From the sequence record PV577657: a stretch of 64,000 bases of DNA. One strand, 5' to 3'. The translations under genes were made by a program, and so were the position numbers. The DNA is from Escherichia phage vB_EcoS_MM-1. The notes beneath the pieces were generated by a model. That model saw only the letters and a list, made by a program, of their open reading frames with translations. It searched no databases and was not told the DNA's origin. This document shows, in pieces, positions 19,702 through 29,882 of the stretch. How positions within the stretch are numbered: position 1 is the stretch's first letter; each line of letters starts with the position of its first letter.

Positions 19702-20125
19702 AGTTATTAATGGCCTCTAAGAAGTTTTTCATAGTTTTTACGGTTGCGGTGCTCAGATCAAGATTTACACCCAAACACTCGGTTAATGCTTCCTGATAAG
19801 GAGCCTTTAATCTGCCTTCTGGGACTTCAACCTTCTTATATTCTTTATTTTTGACCTTTTTAATCATAGTCTCTAGTACAAGAAGTGGTAATTTAGCACC
19901 TTCAATATCAGTACCCAAAAGTTCAGTTAAAATTTTATTAAGATCAAGACGAGTTAACTTTTTGCCTTTAGACATAGGAGCACCTACCTTTGTATCAATA
20001 GATTTTTCCGCTTTCTTTTCGAGCTTTTTGTACTCAGGAGAGTCATGATCACGGAGTGCAATGTTTAGCTCGTAATGTGGTATACGAAAATGTTCCGCCA
20101 TTTGAGTGTAGAAACGATCAGACAT
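19694..20125 (-). CDS. hypothetical protein
   Basis: 143 aa. Confidence 0.5.
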   Translation of the reverse strand: MSDRFYTQMAEHFRIPHYELNIALRDHDSPEYKKLEKKAEKSIDTKVGAPMSKGKKLTRLDLNKILTELLGTDIEGAKLPLLVLETMIKKVKNKEYKKVEVPEGRLKAPYQEALTECLGVNLDLSTATVKTMKNFLEAINNYE

Positions 20126-20200
20126 AATATATACCTCTCTTAACTAATTTATGTATATATTATATAATAACTAGGGCTAAAAGTCAACTACTTTTTTATC

Positions 20201-20617
20201 TTAATCTACTGCATGTATAAATCTTTTCCTAACTAGATACATAGTTATTGGGTAAATTGAGTACATAAGTATCGGGGAGAAAAGGGTGAAATACGCTGTA
20301 ACTCCCCCAGCTAACATCAAAGGTATTAATGCTAGAGTAAGGGCCATAAGAATCATACCGAATGAAACAGCCAAAGCTATGGATATGGGATTCTCTAGTT
20401 CCATCCATAACCAACAATATTTCGTATTTCTATGGCAATTGCATTTACAAACGCCGAATGAACCCATAATTATATACTCTAGTCCGTGAATAACCTTTAT
20501 TAATAAGCTATTTCGGGTAGTTAATGCAATGATAGTAAAGACTATCATTAAAACGAATACTACTAGACTTATTTTCCAGATACCTAGCAGCATCATAGTG
20601 AATAGTTCTGCAAACAT
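20201..20617 (-). CDS. multi-pass membrane protein
   Basis: 138 aa, about four hydrophobic segments. Confidence 0.45.
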   Translation of the reverse strand: MFAELFTMMLLGIWKISLVVFVLMIVFTIIALTTRNSLLIKVIHGLEYIIMGSFGVCKCNCHRNTKYCWLWMELENPISIALAVSFGMILMALTLALIPLMLAGGVTAYFTLFSPILMYSIYPITMYLVRKRFIHAVD

Positions 20618-20694
20618 GGCTTTCTCCTATCTTCAAAAATTATTAAAGCCCCCTTTGCCTAAAAAGGCGGGAATATTCCCGCCTAAGTTATTAA

Positions 20695-21108
20695 TTAAAC
20701 TAGTTCTACATGACCGCCATCATAGGTACCACGTTTTATTTCATCGTGATAGTCTCCCGAAGCATTCCAATCAGCACCAAAACGAAGTTTAATGCCTAGT
20801 TCTTTACCAGCTTGTTCAAAAGCCTTTTTAACTGCCCAAAATGCTTCTAAGTCATTCCAATCAATTTTGCCATTAATATATGGAGCAAAATCAATAGCAT
20901 CCCCAGTAATATGTTTGCTTTTACTAGGATCTTTTAGAAATGAAGTACCATTAGCAATGTTCTGGGCACTTTGTGCTACTGTACGAATACCTTGCACGAT
21001 TGTGAAATCATACGGAGATAATTCTAAAGCCCTACGAGCTACTTTTTGTAGTTCGGGCTTAACGGTTGCTAATTGTTTTTCGCTATTTTTACCAAATTTA
21101 AAACTCAT
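20695..21108 (-). CDS. lys: endolysin, L-alanyl-D-glutamate peptidase (M15 family)
   Basis: 137 aa; zinc-ligand pattern H...D...H ('DGGHVEL'); same length as T5 endolysin. Confidence 0.7.
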   Translation of the reverse strand: MSFKFGKNSEKQLATVKPELQKVARRALELSPYDFTIVQGIRTVAQSAQNIANGTSFLKDPSKSKHITGDAIDFAPYINGKIDWNDLEAFWAVKKAFEQAGKELGIKLRFGADWNASGDYHDEIKRGTYDGGHVELV

Positions 21109-21815
21109 ATTGACCTACCTAAAGATCTCTGTTGTGGAGAACAGAGCTTTGCTAAATATTCCTTGAACTGTTCAGAATCAGCTGTATCTACCGGATTATC
21201 TTTCCAAGCAATACCAATGTACCCAGCATAGATATTTTTTAGATTGAAGTATGGACAAGTGTATATGTAATTAAAAGTAACGTTTTTAAACGCAGGTATA
21301 TTTAACCCCATATATTTATTTACTTTTACACTTAAATCCGATGCGTAGTTAAAGCCCTCTAAATGACGTCTGTATAATTCAGACGTTTTATTTACCGCTT
21401 TATCGGCCAAGTCAGCCCTATCTAATTGCGCATTACTTTCCCATGCAATAATATTGGAATAATCATTGATAGCATCTGGTTTATACTTGACTACAAAAAC
21501 AGCATCTGCACCCGTCTGAGAGAAGAGAACCATGCTCTTTTCCCTCGCCACATTAGGGAAGTTATCTATCCTCTGGGTTTGTAAATCCTGTAAAACTGCA
21601 GACGTGGAAAAAGTCTTTAAGAATGACATCACTTCACTAGTATTACTAACAAATAAGAAAATAATGACAGCAACTAAGATAGTTAGCAGACGTTTAAGAA
21701 GCGATGCTGGGTCTTTCGCTTCTTGGAGCAGTACTGTTAATAATTGTAAGAACTTTTCCAATTTGTAACCTCCTCTAACCAGTACCATTATACTAATTTT
21801 GGAGGAAAATTTCAA
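21105..21815 (-). CDS. membrane protein, putative holin
   Basis: TM segment; sits immediately upstream of endolysin; start uncertain. Confidence 0.4.
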   Translation of the reverse strand: MKFSSKISIMVLVRGGYKLEKFLQLLTVLLQEAKDPASLLKRLLTILVAVIIFLFVSNTSEVMSFLKTFSTSAVLQDLQTQRIDNFPNVAREKSMVLFSQTGADAVFVVKYKPDAINDYSNIIAWESNAQLDRADLADKAVNKTSELYRRHLEGFNYASDLSVKVNKYMGLNIPAFKNVTFNYIYTCPYFNLKNIYAGYIGIAWKDNPVDTADSEQFKEYLAKLCSPQQRSLGRSI

Positions 21816-21917
21816 TGGGTTTTTAAATGTTACACTTGGAGCACAAAATTATGTCGTTGTCAAGAAGAATTTTAGATAAAAGAAAAGCCAGGGTACTTAA
21901 CCCTGGCTTAAAATTAC

Positions 21918-22517
21918 TTACTCTTCGTTGTGCTCCTCGGATTGAGGTAACTGGGCTTTACTATATTGCTCAGATCGATATTTTGCCAAGATTTCAATAC
22001 GCTTATGGATTTCCTTGCTATCTAGATAGATATTTTTGTTGTCTTTTACCATCTCGTCGATTTCATCTATTGAGAAGAACGGATAGTAGACATCTAGCAT
22101 CATATCTTCTACGAACTTGTTGTAAGATTCATAGGCTTTCTTGATTTCTTGACCTTTCTCACAGAACCCACCAGAGAACGTGTGTCCCATTAGCGTAGCA
22201 TGTGGATGTACTACCCATCCATGACAAGATAGGAAAATCGTGCAATAAGCAGAAGCACTAGGACCAATCAGGTGTCCTATAACTGTTCCACGGCAATTAG
22301 CAATTAAGTTAGATAACTGTGCAGCGGTATCAACATAGCCACCAGGGCCATTAATCATCAGATTAATTTCGTCGTCCTCATTTGCCTGCATAAGTACCAT
22401 TGATAAATCACGGTATTCATCCGGCGGACCAAGTTCTTCATCAAAGAAAAAGGTATACTCGTTAGATTGGCGAATGGAGTGGAACAGGTTAGTCTTTTCT
22501 TCTTTTTTATTAGTCAT
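21918..22517 (-). CDS. ClpP-like serine protease
   Basis: 199 aa; 'NGPGGYVDTA' resembles the ClpP active-site region. Confidence 0.55.
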   Translation of the reverse strand: MTNKKEEKTNLFHSIRQSNEYTFFFDEELGPPDEYRDLSMVLMQANEDDEINLMINGPGGYVDTAAQLSNLIANCRGTVIGHLIGPSASAYCTIFLSCHGWVVHPHATLMGHTFSGGFCEKGQEIKKAYESYNKFVEDMMLDVYYPFFSIDEIDEMVKDNKNIYLDSKEIHKRIEILAKYRSEQYSKAQLPQSEEHNEE

Positions 22518-22529
22518 AGCGATCCTTGA

Positions 22530-23282
22530 TTATCCAACTAGTGGTTCTAGCTCTAAGTCACAGAAGTTATACACTTCTAGTTTAAGGTTATTGATACCCT
22601 CGAATTTATTAACTAATTCGTGAGTGATATATTTTGCAGGAATACCACTTTCAGATGGATGATCTGATTTAATAGTGAACTTCTGCTCAGCGGGTACTAC
22701 ATTTACTATCAAAGAATCCATATCTAAATGATTTGTTTCTCTGAGTAACTCTCCTTCATTGGGGAATCTAACATCTGTTATTACGGCGACATCTGGGTCG
22801 TCTTTAGCGATGGATTGCTCCAGAATTATGAGCCAAATGCGTTCATGCACCAGCTGCCTTCCTAGCTCTGTCCCTACGAGCTGTAACATTTTTCTCGGAG
22901 AAATAAATAAACTATAAAGTCCGTCTTCTTTATTCTCTGAGATAAGTTGTTGAGGATTAAGATATTTTTCCTCAAAAATAGGCCAAACGTACGAGAAGTC
23001 TTCAAACTTATCGATACCATACTTAAACCACACATCTCTGGCTCGCTCCAATTGAGATTGTGTGACCGTAAACCATTGGTCAACCTCTTTTCCCTTGCGC
23101 TCTCCTAGAAACTCTGGAGTTACACCGAGGATTACGGATGCAAGTTCATAAACGGGCTTAGCAAAACTGTAACGACGGGGTAAACACGTTGGATACGTGT
23201 CATTACACCAATCGATAATTAGTTTTGCAACAGTGTCTTTTCCAGAACCAGCCTCACCATGCAGACCTACTAATACTGACAT
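22530..23282 (-). CDS. dnk: deoxynucleoside monophosphate kinase
   Basis: 250 aa; P-loop GEAGSGKDT at N-terminus. Confidence 0.65.
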   Translation of the reverse strand: MSVLVGLHGEAGSGKDTVAKLIIDWCNDTYPTCLPRRYSFAKPVYELASVILGVTPEFLGERKGKEVDQWFTVTQSQLERARDVWFKYGIDKFEDFSYVWPIFEEKYLNPQQLISENKEDGLYSLFISPRKMLQLVGTELGRQLVHERIWLIILEQSIAKDDPDVAVITDVRFPNEGELLRETNHLDMDSLIVNVVPAEQKFTIKSDHPSESGIPAKYITHELVNKFEGINNLKLEVYNFCDLELEPLVG

Positions 23283-23635
23283 TAATCTTTCCTATTGTTA
23301 ATGGGTGGATAGTAAACTAAGCAACGTTTTTCTTGTAAATCTTGGCGATAGAAGCAAACCATACTAGTCAATCGTGAGATATATGAATATTCTGCCTCCC
23401 GGCATTTTGCCAACATATTCCAATCTTTATATGGTACAACAACTACTACGCCATCTTCGCCATTTGTAGCTAATTTCTTTTCGAATTTGAAATCAAAGCT
23501 ACAAGGCTGAAGTCCTTTAGGCCAATCCACATGGGCTGTTGGTAGCTCATGTGTAGGTTCTGGCTTTATTTCTTGTGCACAGCCTGTGATTGTGATTGTG
23601 GCTGCGAGCAGTATTCCAAGTTTCCAGTTAAACAT
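23282..23635 (-). CDS. lipoprotein, possible o-spanin
   Basis: signal peptide with lipobox ITGC; 5' end overlaps the upstream TM/coiled-coil ORF by 70 nt. Confidence 0.45.
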   Translation of the reverse strand: MFNWKLGILLAATITITGCAQEIKPEPTHELPTAHVDWPKGLQPCSFDFKFEKKLATNGEDGVVVVVPYKDWNMLAKCREAEYSYISRLTSMVCFYRQDLQEKRCLVYYPPINNRKD

Positions 23636-24009
23636 GCTAATCTTTCCTCGAACTCCTTACTCTGCTTTTTAGCAATTAATGTAACCAATCCAGGCTTTGC
23701 AGCTATAATATCTTGACGACTAAGTGCTTTATCAAGCTGGGAGATCTTCTTATCAAGATCTTGTTGAGAAATATTATTCATTGTGAAATACTGATTCATT
23801 CTAGTCTCACGAAGTTCACTTTCAGCTTTCACCTTATTAAGGGAAGTCTCTAGAGAAGAAATCTTTTTAGTAGCTACCGCAAGATCTCCCGCTAAAGTCT
23901 CCACTTTATCTACTAAGTGATAAGCACCGAATCCGATGCCTATCGCTAGACCTGCTCCCAGGATATACATCTTGTTATTCCAAACAAAGTCTACAAACCA
24001 TTTTCGCAT
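23566..24009 (-). CDS. TM plus coiled-coil protein, possible i-spanin
   Basis: N-terminal TM then long coiled coil; overlapped-pair architecture with the lipoprotein. Confidence 0.45.
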   Translation of the reverse strand: MRKWFVDFVWNNKMYILGAGLAIGIGFGAYHLVDKVETLAGDLAVATKKISSLETSLNKVKAESELRETRMNQYFTMNNISQQDLDKKISQLDKALSRQDIIAAKPGLVTLIAKKQSKEFEERLACLTGNLEYCSQPQSQSQAVHKK

Positions 24010-24506
24010 TAGCCTGTACTCGCAAACTCACCGTGGAGTTCTTTGAGTTTGGTATCCCGCCATTTTATAGCCTCTTCCAAACTCTTAAGTGTTTTCGAAA
24101 CTTGCTTACCATGTTTGGTAATTCTTACTTGGTAAGTCCCATTTGTTTTTCTATGGATATTTTTAACGCCTAAATGGTTATCACTTCTTACTTTTTGGTT
24201 ACAAGCATTATCAGATCTTGTAGCAGGCCTTAGATTCTCAAATCTATCATTAGTTGAGTCTTTGTCCTTGTGATCAACTATTTCAGGCCATTCTCCAGTA
24301 TGCCATGCATAGATTAATCTATGTGCCCCTATAGCTATGGAACCATTATATAGTTCAACTACTCTATGCCCTGTACTTTGTCTAGATCCTGCTACTGTTC
24401 CGGCGAATATCTTATTAAAATGTTCGTCCCCTTCCCTGGGTTTCCAGATAAGATTACCATCTTCTTGGTAATCGAACATTCTTCTTAGCTCTTCCTTACT
24501 GATCAT
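24009..24506 (-). CDS. HNH homing endonuclease
   Basis: 'HKDKDSTNDRFENL' His-Asn-His motif. Confidence 0.6.
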   Translation of the reverse strand: MISKEELRRMFDYQEDGNLIWKPREGDEHFNKIFAGTVAGSRQSTGHRVVELYNGSIAIGAHRLIYAWHTGEWPEIVDHKDKDSTNDRFENLRPATRSDNACNQKVRSDNHLGVKNIHRKTNGTYQVRITKHGKQVSKTLKSLEEAIKWRDTKLKELHGEFASTG

Positions 24507-25201
24507 CTTTTCATATTCCTAAAAGAAGTAACAGTATCAAATCCATGTGCAGCTAAGCGATCCTTATCGGAAATCGTAATAGTATTTGGTTCACCGGTTC
24601 CTAACACGCCCCAGATATATTGCTCGATCATCTGGTGTAAACGGTATAAGTTACTTTCAATTTCCTGCCACGGAATACCTGACTGATGGAAACGAATGTT
24701 AGTCTGAATCACGAAGTTACGAACATCATCGTTATCGTTCTTTTTAATACCTTTCACATATGCAATCGGTACACGCAGTTCGGATAAGATACGTTCTGCT
24801 TTAGGTTTTGCTTCAGCGAGCAAATCACGCATTGTTTCACGAACATCTCCGCGACTCTTATCCATTAAATAAGAGCGGGCATGCAATCCCATCTCTTCCA
24901 TTTTATCGAACATAGTGTCGAGGTTGAACGTTTTGAAGCTAAATGCCGGATGCCAGCAGTACAGCTCGTGCAACCAGTAAACTTCACCTGCAACAAATAG
25001 TGGATTTACAAAATATTCGAAATCACCACGAAAAGATAGCGAGCCATCACGAAATACCTGGCGAGTATGCACAATGTTCTTTTCTGCATCATCGGTTACT
25101 TTAACCAGCAACTCTTCAGTTTTACGCTCCCAAACACGATCTGGGTCGAACAGACTGTTTTGCAAATCATACACATCGGCGAACTTAGAAATAATCCTCA
25201 T
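24503..25201 (-). CDS. hypothetical protein
   Basis: 232 aa. Confidence 0.5.
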   Translation of the reverse strand: MRIISKFADVYDLQNSLFDPDRVWERKTEELLVKVTDDAEKNIVHTRQVFRDGSLSFRGDFEYFVNPLFVAGEVYWLHELYCWHPAFSFKTFNLDTMFDKMEEMGLHARSYLMDKSRGDVRETMRDLLAEAKPKAERILSELRVPIAYVKGIKKNDNDDVRNFVIQTNIRFHQSGIPWQEIESNLYRLHQMIEQYIWGVLGTGEPNTITISDKDRLAAHGFDTVTSFRNMKR

Positions 25202-25267
25202 ATTTAATCCTCTTGCCTCAATCTATAAACATATTATACAAAAGTTTGGGCATCTAAGCAACTAAAA

Positions 25268-25311
25268 TTTTATTATAAAAATAGCCCAGTCGCAAAAGTG
25301 CAGGCTGGGCT
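25268..25311 (-). terminator. rho-independent terminator
   Basis: agcccag / ctgggct stem, U-run on minus strand. Confidence 0.5.
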
Positions 25312-25355
25312 TTGTCATTATTTGCTTTTGCTAGTAAGTTGATTTAGTATCAATC

Positions 25356-25736
25356 TTATGTAATATTAGTTTCTCTAGCTTTGCGTAGTACCCCTGCATT
25401 TCTCCACAATTTGATGTCAGCAACTGTTTCTTTATATGGAGCAATGGTAGAACCAATTGGGCCAGCAACTAATAGTCCAAAGAACCCTACAATACGCATG
25501 TAGAACAAGCATTCTTTGGCTGTCATATTATTTACTGCTTTTTTCTGCTTTTCATCTTTAAACTTCTGTTCTTGATCATCAATACGTAGATACTTAACAA
25601 ACCATTCAGCAGAATGTTCATCCAAATGTCTAATAATAGCTATCGCATATACAGCACCGATTAAAAACCAAGTTGTAACAAGAATTAGTAATATAGTCAT
25701 ATTATCTCCAGTTAGGGCTGGCAGCCACCTCACCAC
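25356..25736 (-). CDS. membrane protein
   Basis: 126 aa, two TM. Confidence 0.45.
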   Translation of the reverse strand: MVRWLPALTGDNMTILLILVTTWFLIGAVYAIAIIRHLDEHSAEWFVKYLRIDDQEQKFKDEKQKKAVNNMTAKECLFYMRIVGFFGLLVAGPIGSTIAPYKETVADIKLWRNAGVLRKARETNIT

Positions 25737-25810
25737 TTACCGCACTAAGGGGCACGACTCCCTTATCCGTAACAGTTGCAGGTGACGCAACTCGGTCCTA
25801 CGCGAGTTCT

Positions 25811-26095
25811 TTAGGTATTCTGCATTTCAGCTTTAAATTTTTTCATATTACGAGTCTTTCTATAAAAGAAAAACACAGATGTTGGGCCTAGAAGAATATC
25901 CACAATAAATATCATAGATCTAGCACATCTGAGTAATGTTTTATCATCAAGAGGGGGCAGATCTAACGGTCGAGTTTTATGTATAACGTATAATATTACA
26001 TCTTTATTCTTAGAAATATACAGATCATCAACCAAGCTGTAAATAGCTACTATAGATCCAATGACGAACCAAAGAGCAAATGGAGAGATAATCAT
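25811..26095 (-). CDS. membrane protein
   Basis: 94 aa, two TM. Confidence 0.4.
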   Translation of the reverse strand: MIISPFALWFVIGSIVAIYSLVDDLYISKNKDVILYVIHKTRPLDLPPLDDKTLLRCARSMIFIVDILLGPTSVFFFYRKTRNMKKFKAEMQNT

Positions 26096-26388
26096 TTCAG
26101 ATCCTTTTCATTAATTAGAATATTAGTAAACAGTGGAGTAACTCCTAGACTCATAGTAGGTCCAAACGTATTCATGGCTACCCACAATTGCATAGTGATC
26201 ATCCCATCTTTAATCTCTGGATCTTTATATTCTTCGATACGTTTTTTGGCAAAGGCAACTACATCTGGAATACTACCGTTCTTTACAACATGATCATGCC
26301 AAAACTGAGCGTTTTCACTTCGTAGGAATGTTAAAACATCCTTAGTTGCTGGAATCTGCACTGTGCTATTGATGTTTAGTTTTTTCAC
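26092..26388 (-). CDS. hypothetical protein
   Basis: 98 aa. Confidence 0.45.
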   Translation of the reverse strand: MKKLNINSTVQIPATKDVLTFLRSENAQFWHDHVVKNGSIPDVVAFAKKRIEEYKDPEIKDGMITMQLWVAMNTFGPTMSLGVTPLFTNILINEKDLK

Positions 26389-26773
26389 GTTCTTCTCTCC
26401 GACGTTTAGATTCTTTCATCATATGAGCTGCTACAACTTCGTGGTAGTAGTCATTAATGTTATCTTCTGGCAAGAAATGCTTAATAGTCTCTAGCTGACA
26501 AATAACTCGATGAAGATGGTTATTTGGTAGACACAATTTTATACCTGCAACAAATCCAGAGAAGCCTGGAACACTGAACATGGGTTGGGCTTCTACTCTG
26601 CCTTCAGAGTTGATATTAAGCTCAATTGAGATACCCATTTTCATACTATAAAGCTGGCAATATTCTCCATTACCAGACCTTGACCAAACAGTGAAGTCCT
26701 CATCAATTTGATCTTGGATTTCTGTAATTGCAAATTTAATTCTAGGGTCTAAATTATTCATCTTCACCTTCAA
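26366..26773 (-). CDS. hypothetical protein
   Basis: 135 aa. Confidence 0.45.
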   Translation of the reverse strand: MKVKMNNLDPRIKFAITEIQDQIDEDFTVWSRSGNGEYCQLYSMKMGISIELNINSEGRVEAQPMFSVPGFSGFVAGIKLCLPNNHLHRVICQLETIKHFLPEDNINDYYHEVVAAHMMKESKRRREEREKTKHQ

Positions 26774-27086
26774 AGTCGCAATTATAACGACAAGTAAAAG
26801 AACCGGAGCTATTAGTACGTTGAGTGGTTATTTCACCGTGTTTGCTAATAGTAACGGCTGGAGTAGAGAAGTTTTTATTAGTATAGATTTCTACCTTACC
26901 ATTACGTTCTTTAACATCACGAACTTTACCATACTCGGTAATAATGCCGTTCTGTTGGACTTTAACATTACCATTTTTCATAGAAACTTTGGTAGACGCC
27001 AGAGAACCGAAACTAACTGCGGAGATCATCAGTGCAATAATAAACTTATTCATCTTCATCCTCCCCACTACACCACTGATTACCAT
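26754..27086 (-). CDS. secreted protein with signal peptide
   Basis: 110 aa, N-terminal hydrophobic signal. Confidence 0.45.
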   Translation of the reverse strand: MVISGVVGRMKMNKFIIALMISAVSFGSLASTKVSMKNGNVKVQQNGIITEYGKVRDVKERNGKVEIYTNKNFSTPAVTISKHGEITTQRTNSSGSFTCRYNCDFEGEDE

Positions 27087-27146
27087 CCCATGCGGTAATG
27101 ATCATAACACCATTACTCATGATCTTTTCTGTAAAAGTAATCCTCA

Positions 27147-27440
27147 TTATAGCAACTCGTCTAAGCAAGAGGTATATTTAAGTTTACCATCTTTATCTAC
27201 TTTGATTTCGACTTCCGCTCGTGGTACTTGACGAACTACACCATGAATCATCTTATAGCGAATGCCTTTAGCTGGTTCATGCTCTTTTGGAAATACTTGC
27301 TTAACCGTTACTACCTTAAAACCCTCACGCGGTGTTAACACTACTACTTGATCACCTTCTTTGATCTTCCAAGAGCCAGGAAATTCATAGGTATAGCGTT
27401 GACCACCAGTTTGGAACACAACAGAAAGATAACGTTTCAT
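27147..27440 (-). CDS. hypothetical protein
   Basis: 97 aa; conserved promoter/leader directly upstream. Confidence 0.5.
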   Translation of the reverse strand: MKRYLSVVFQTGGQRYTYEFPGSWKIKEGDQVVVLTPREGFKVVTVKQVFPKEHEPAKGIRYKMIHGVVRQVPRAEVEIKVDKDGKLKYTSCLDELL

Positions 27441-27689
27441 TTGGCTTCCCTCTCATTAATTTATATAAATATTATAACAATAAATAAGAGAGAAAGCAAA
27501 TGAATTTTTAATAAAGTTTAGTCACTTCATAAACTATACTACGAGATTCTTTATTACGTTCTATTAAATTAGAATATGCTTTTTCAGCTTCATTTTTAGT
27601 ATTAAAGTCTATAACGTGGGAGGTATTCGCTCTATTTGATTGACTATACCAGATAACTACTAATAATTTAAACATAATAGTCCTTAAGT

Positions 27690-27776
27690 TGGTGCTGGGC
27701 ACAGGATTCGAACCTGTAACGGGATTACTCCTCCTGATTACAAATCAGGTGCATTCAACCATTCTGCCAACCCAGC
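27690..27776 (-). tRNA. tRNA, type II (long variable arm), anticodon loop UUUGUAA (anticodon UGU)
   Basis: 7-bp acceptor GCTGGGT/GCCCAGC, Ser-like D-loop GGTTGAA, T-loop TTCGAAT, encoded CCA; anticodon and body type do not match a standard isotype. Confidence 0.5.
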
Positions 27777-27784
27777 AGAACCCG

Positions 27785-27949
27785 TTATTTCAACGGGATT
27801 TCTTTTTCAATAACAGGAGACTTATCAGTCATAACCGCCATTGCCATTTGTTGTAGAAATTCAAAGGTGAAGGCTACACGTTCTTCACCAATCTCTACTT
27901 CTACACGTTTCTTTTGTTTATCGATCTTGACTTTTAGGTTATCAGCCAT
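27785..27949 (-). CDS. small hypothetical protein
   Basis: 54-aa ORF below track cutoff. Confidence 0.3.
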   Translation of the reverse strand: MADNLKVKIDKQKKRVEVEIGEERVAFTFEFLQQMAMAVMTDKSPVIEKEIPLK

Positions 27950-28193
27950 TAGAGAGTACAGTACTGGTAGTTGGCAATACTACAGATGAAGCAACAGTGT
28001 TTAAATGCTTTCCCCAGTCTAGGTTAAATTGTTTTCGAAACTCTTCATAAGGTTCTTCTGGATAAAAGCTAAAACCTCCTTTCTCATCATTCAGGATAAC
28101 AGAGCCGTCAGTTTGTTCGTATGCTCGGTATGTTTCTCCAATAACAATAACTCGTTTTTCGGTACTTTTATTACGAAACTCAAAAACGTGCAT
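27942..28193 (-). CDS. hypothetical protein
   Basis: 83 aa. Confidence 0.4.
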   Translation of the reverse strand: MHVFEFRNKSTEKRVIVIGETYRAYEQTDGSVILNDEKGGFSFYPEEPYEEFRKQFNLDWGKHLNTVASSVVLPTTSTVLSNG

Positions 28194-28209
28194 AATGTTT
28201 CCTTAAAGT

Positions 28210-28285
28210 TGGAGCGGCTAGAGGGAATCGAACCCTACTCAGCGAGGCTTGGAAGGCCTGCGGCACAACCCGTGTGCTTAACCGC
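28210..28285 (-). tRNA. tRNA-Gly (UCC)
   Basis: acceptor GCGGTTA/TAGCCGC, anticodon loop CUUCCAA, T-loop TTCGATT, discriminator U, CCA encoded. Confidence 0.65.
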
Positions 28286-28293
28286 TTATTGTT

Positions 28294-28369
28294 TGGCTGG
28301 AGAAGGAGGAATCGAACCTACCATTAACGGAGTCAAAGGCCGTTGTGCTAACCGTTACACTACTCTCCA
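28294..28369 (-). tRNA. tRNA-Gln (UUG)
   Basis: U1-A72 acceptor, anticodon loop CUUUGAC, discriminator G. Confidence 0.65.
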
Positions 28370-28375
28370 ATTATT

Positions 28376-28451
28376 TGGCTGGGATGCCACGGATCGAACG
28401 TGGAACCTTCGGAGTCAGAGGCCGACGATCTGCCAATTGATCTACATCCCA
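28376..28451 (-). tRNA. tRNA-Gln (CUG)
   Basis: U1-A72, anticodon loop CUCUGAC, same architecture as the neighbouring Gln. Confidence 0.65.
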
Positions 28452-28463
28452 ATAATTTTTATT

Positions 28464-28658
28464 CTACGGAAAAATTGTTGTTGGCTCAGATTCTTCCAAA
28501 CGTTTGCCTTCATGATCAACACGAATAACGCCGCATCCTTCGCAAATCACAACTGCACCATAACCTTCTTTGACCTCAGCTTCTGTAATCAAACCAGAAA
28601 GATCACCAGTATCTTTACCCCACATATCAATGGAGCATTGTTTGCAGAAATCAGCCAT
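28464..28658 (-). CDS. small Cys-containing protein
   Basis: 64 aa with CxxC pairs. Confidence 0.35.
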   Translation of the reverse strand: MADFCKQCSIDMWGKDTGDLSGLITEAEVKEGYGAVVICEGCGVIRVDHEGKRLEESEPTTIFP

Positions 28659-28683
28659 ATTTTATTTCCTATTTAAGTTAATT

Positions 28684-28760
28684 TGGGGTGGCTAGTGAAA
28701 TTCGAATCCACATAGGCCTGATTCACAATCAGGATCATTAACCAATTATGATATAGCCAC
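28684..28760 (-). tRNA. tRNA-His (GUG)
   Basis: 5' GTGGCTA, anticodon loop UUGUGAA, 3' end AGCCACCCCA. Confidence 0.7.
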
Positions 28761-29126
28761 AATTGAAAACTCGCAGGGTTAGCGAAACCTTCCTCAATTA
28801 GCATGTTCTAGAATACTAATCAAGTTATCTCCTATTGCACGCAGCTCAAGACGAGTACGAATTTTCAATTGTGGCGGCTCTCAGAAACTCTTCTACTCTA
28901 GTCTTAGCAGCTTACTCCCGAACGCATGTCGGGGAAGTCTTACTAAGCGCATCAAATAGCACCGTTACACTTTGAGCCATTGGTGTATCAAGAAGCAGAA
29001 GGACTTGAACCTTCACGAGATAGACCATTTATCTCAGCCGCTTTATGAGGTATGTTGCAGGGAGTGGATGTTCCCTATAAACCTTTTAGGCAGCCCCGTC
29101 TACCGATTCCGGCATACTTCAGGATT

Positions 29127-29221
29127 TGGAGGTAGGTAAGGGGATCGAACCCTTACACCGTATCACTACGATCAACCGATTTCAAGTCGGAGTCCAGCGC
29201 CAGCCATTGGATTGACCTACC
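29127..29221 (-). tRNA. tRNA-Ser (UGA)
   Basis: 95 nt, long variable arm with 6-bp stem, anticodon loop CUUGAAA. Confidence 0.55.
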
Positions 29222-29233
29222 ATATAAATTGTT

Positions 29234-29324
29234 TGGCGGAAGAGGAGAGATTTGAACTCTCAAGCCGTTTTACCAGTCAGCCACTTTCCAAGCGGTTTTC
29301 GTCACCAATTCGATTTGCTCTTCC
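29234..29324 (-). tRNA. tRNA-Ser (GGA)
   Basis: 91 nt type II, anticodon loop UUGGAAA, discriminator G. Confidence 0.6.
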
Positions 29325-29436
29325 AATAACAAGATGATGCCTCTATCACACCAGGCAGTTACGCCTCGCTGGGATTCGAACCCATTAAAACAGCTCAACC
29401 GAGATAGTAGGTTTAATTTACTCTGACCATCAAATT

Positions 29437-29513
29437 TGGTGCGTGACAAGGGATTCGAACCCTCAAAACCCGACTTCTAAGGACGGTATGTATGCCAATT
29501 CCATCAATCACGC
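29437..29513 (-). tRNA. tRNA, anticodon loop CUUAGAA (UAG, Leu-type) with short variable arm
   Basis: good acceptor and T-arm; anticodon stem has one U-U mismatch; type I body is unusual for Leu. Confidence 0.45.
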
Positions 29514-29518
29514 GTATT

Positions 29519-29597
29519 TGGTGGAGAATAACGGAATCGAACCGTTCTGATGTCCTCGGTGCAAGCGAGGTGTCCACTCCATGCAGACCCATTCCCC
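29519..29597 (-). tRNA. tRNA-Ala (UGC)
   Basis: G3-U70 pair in acceptor, anticodon loop CUUGCAC, discriminator A. Confidence 0.65.
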
Positions 29598-29810
29598 AAA
29601 TTATTTAGTTTACTAAGGCTATTAGCTCGGCGTAACTACAGCACCTTCGCTTCGAGCGGAAGGAACCGCGTCATCTCGCAAACCCGATACACTATTCAGT
29701 TGCCACTGAATCTAGTGGACTAATCTAGAACTTCTCCCGAATCGTAGGGATCGTGCTTTTTGGCAGCCAGTCCTAGGTCGAACTAATACCTTAGTGAACT
29801 ATGATGAGGA

Positions 29811-29880
29811 TTTCTCCTCATCAATTTATATAAATATTATAACAAGAAATTAAGCATTAAGCAACTGCGTTTTTCTTGAA
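29811..29880 (-). promoter_or_regulatory. conserved early promoter reading into tRNA genes
   Basis: TTGCTT -35, TATAAT -10, conserved leader; no ORF follows. Confidence 0.55.
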
Positions 29881-29882
29881 AT

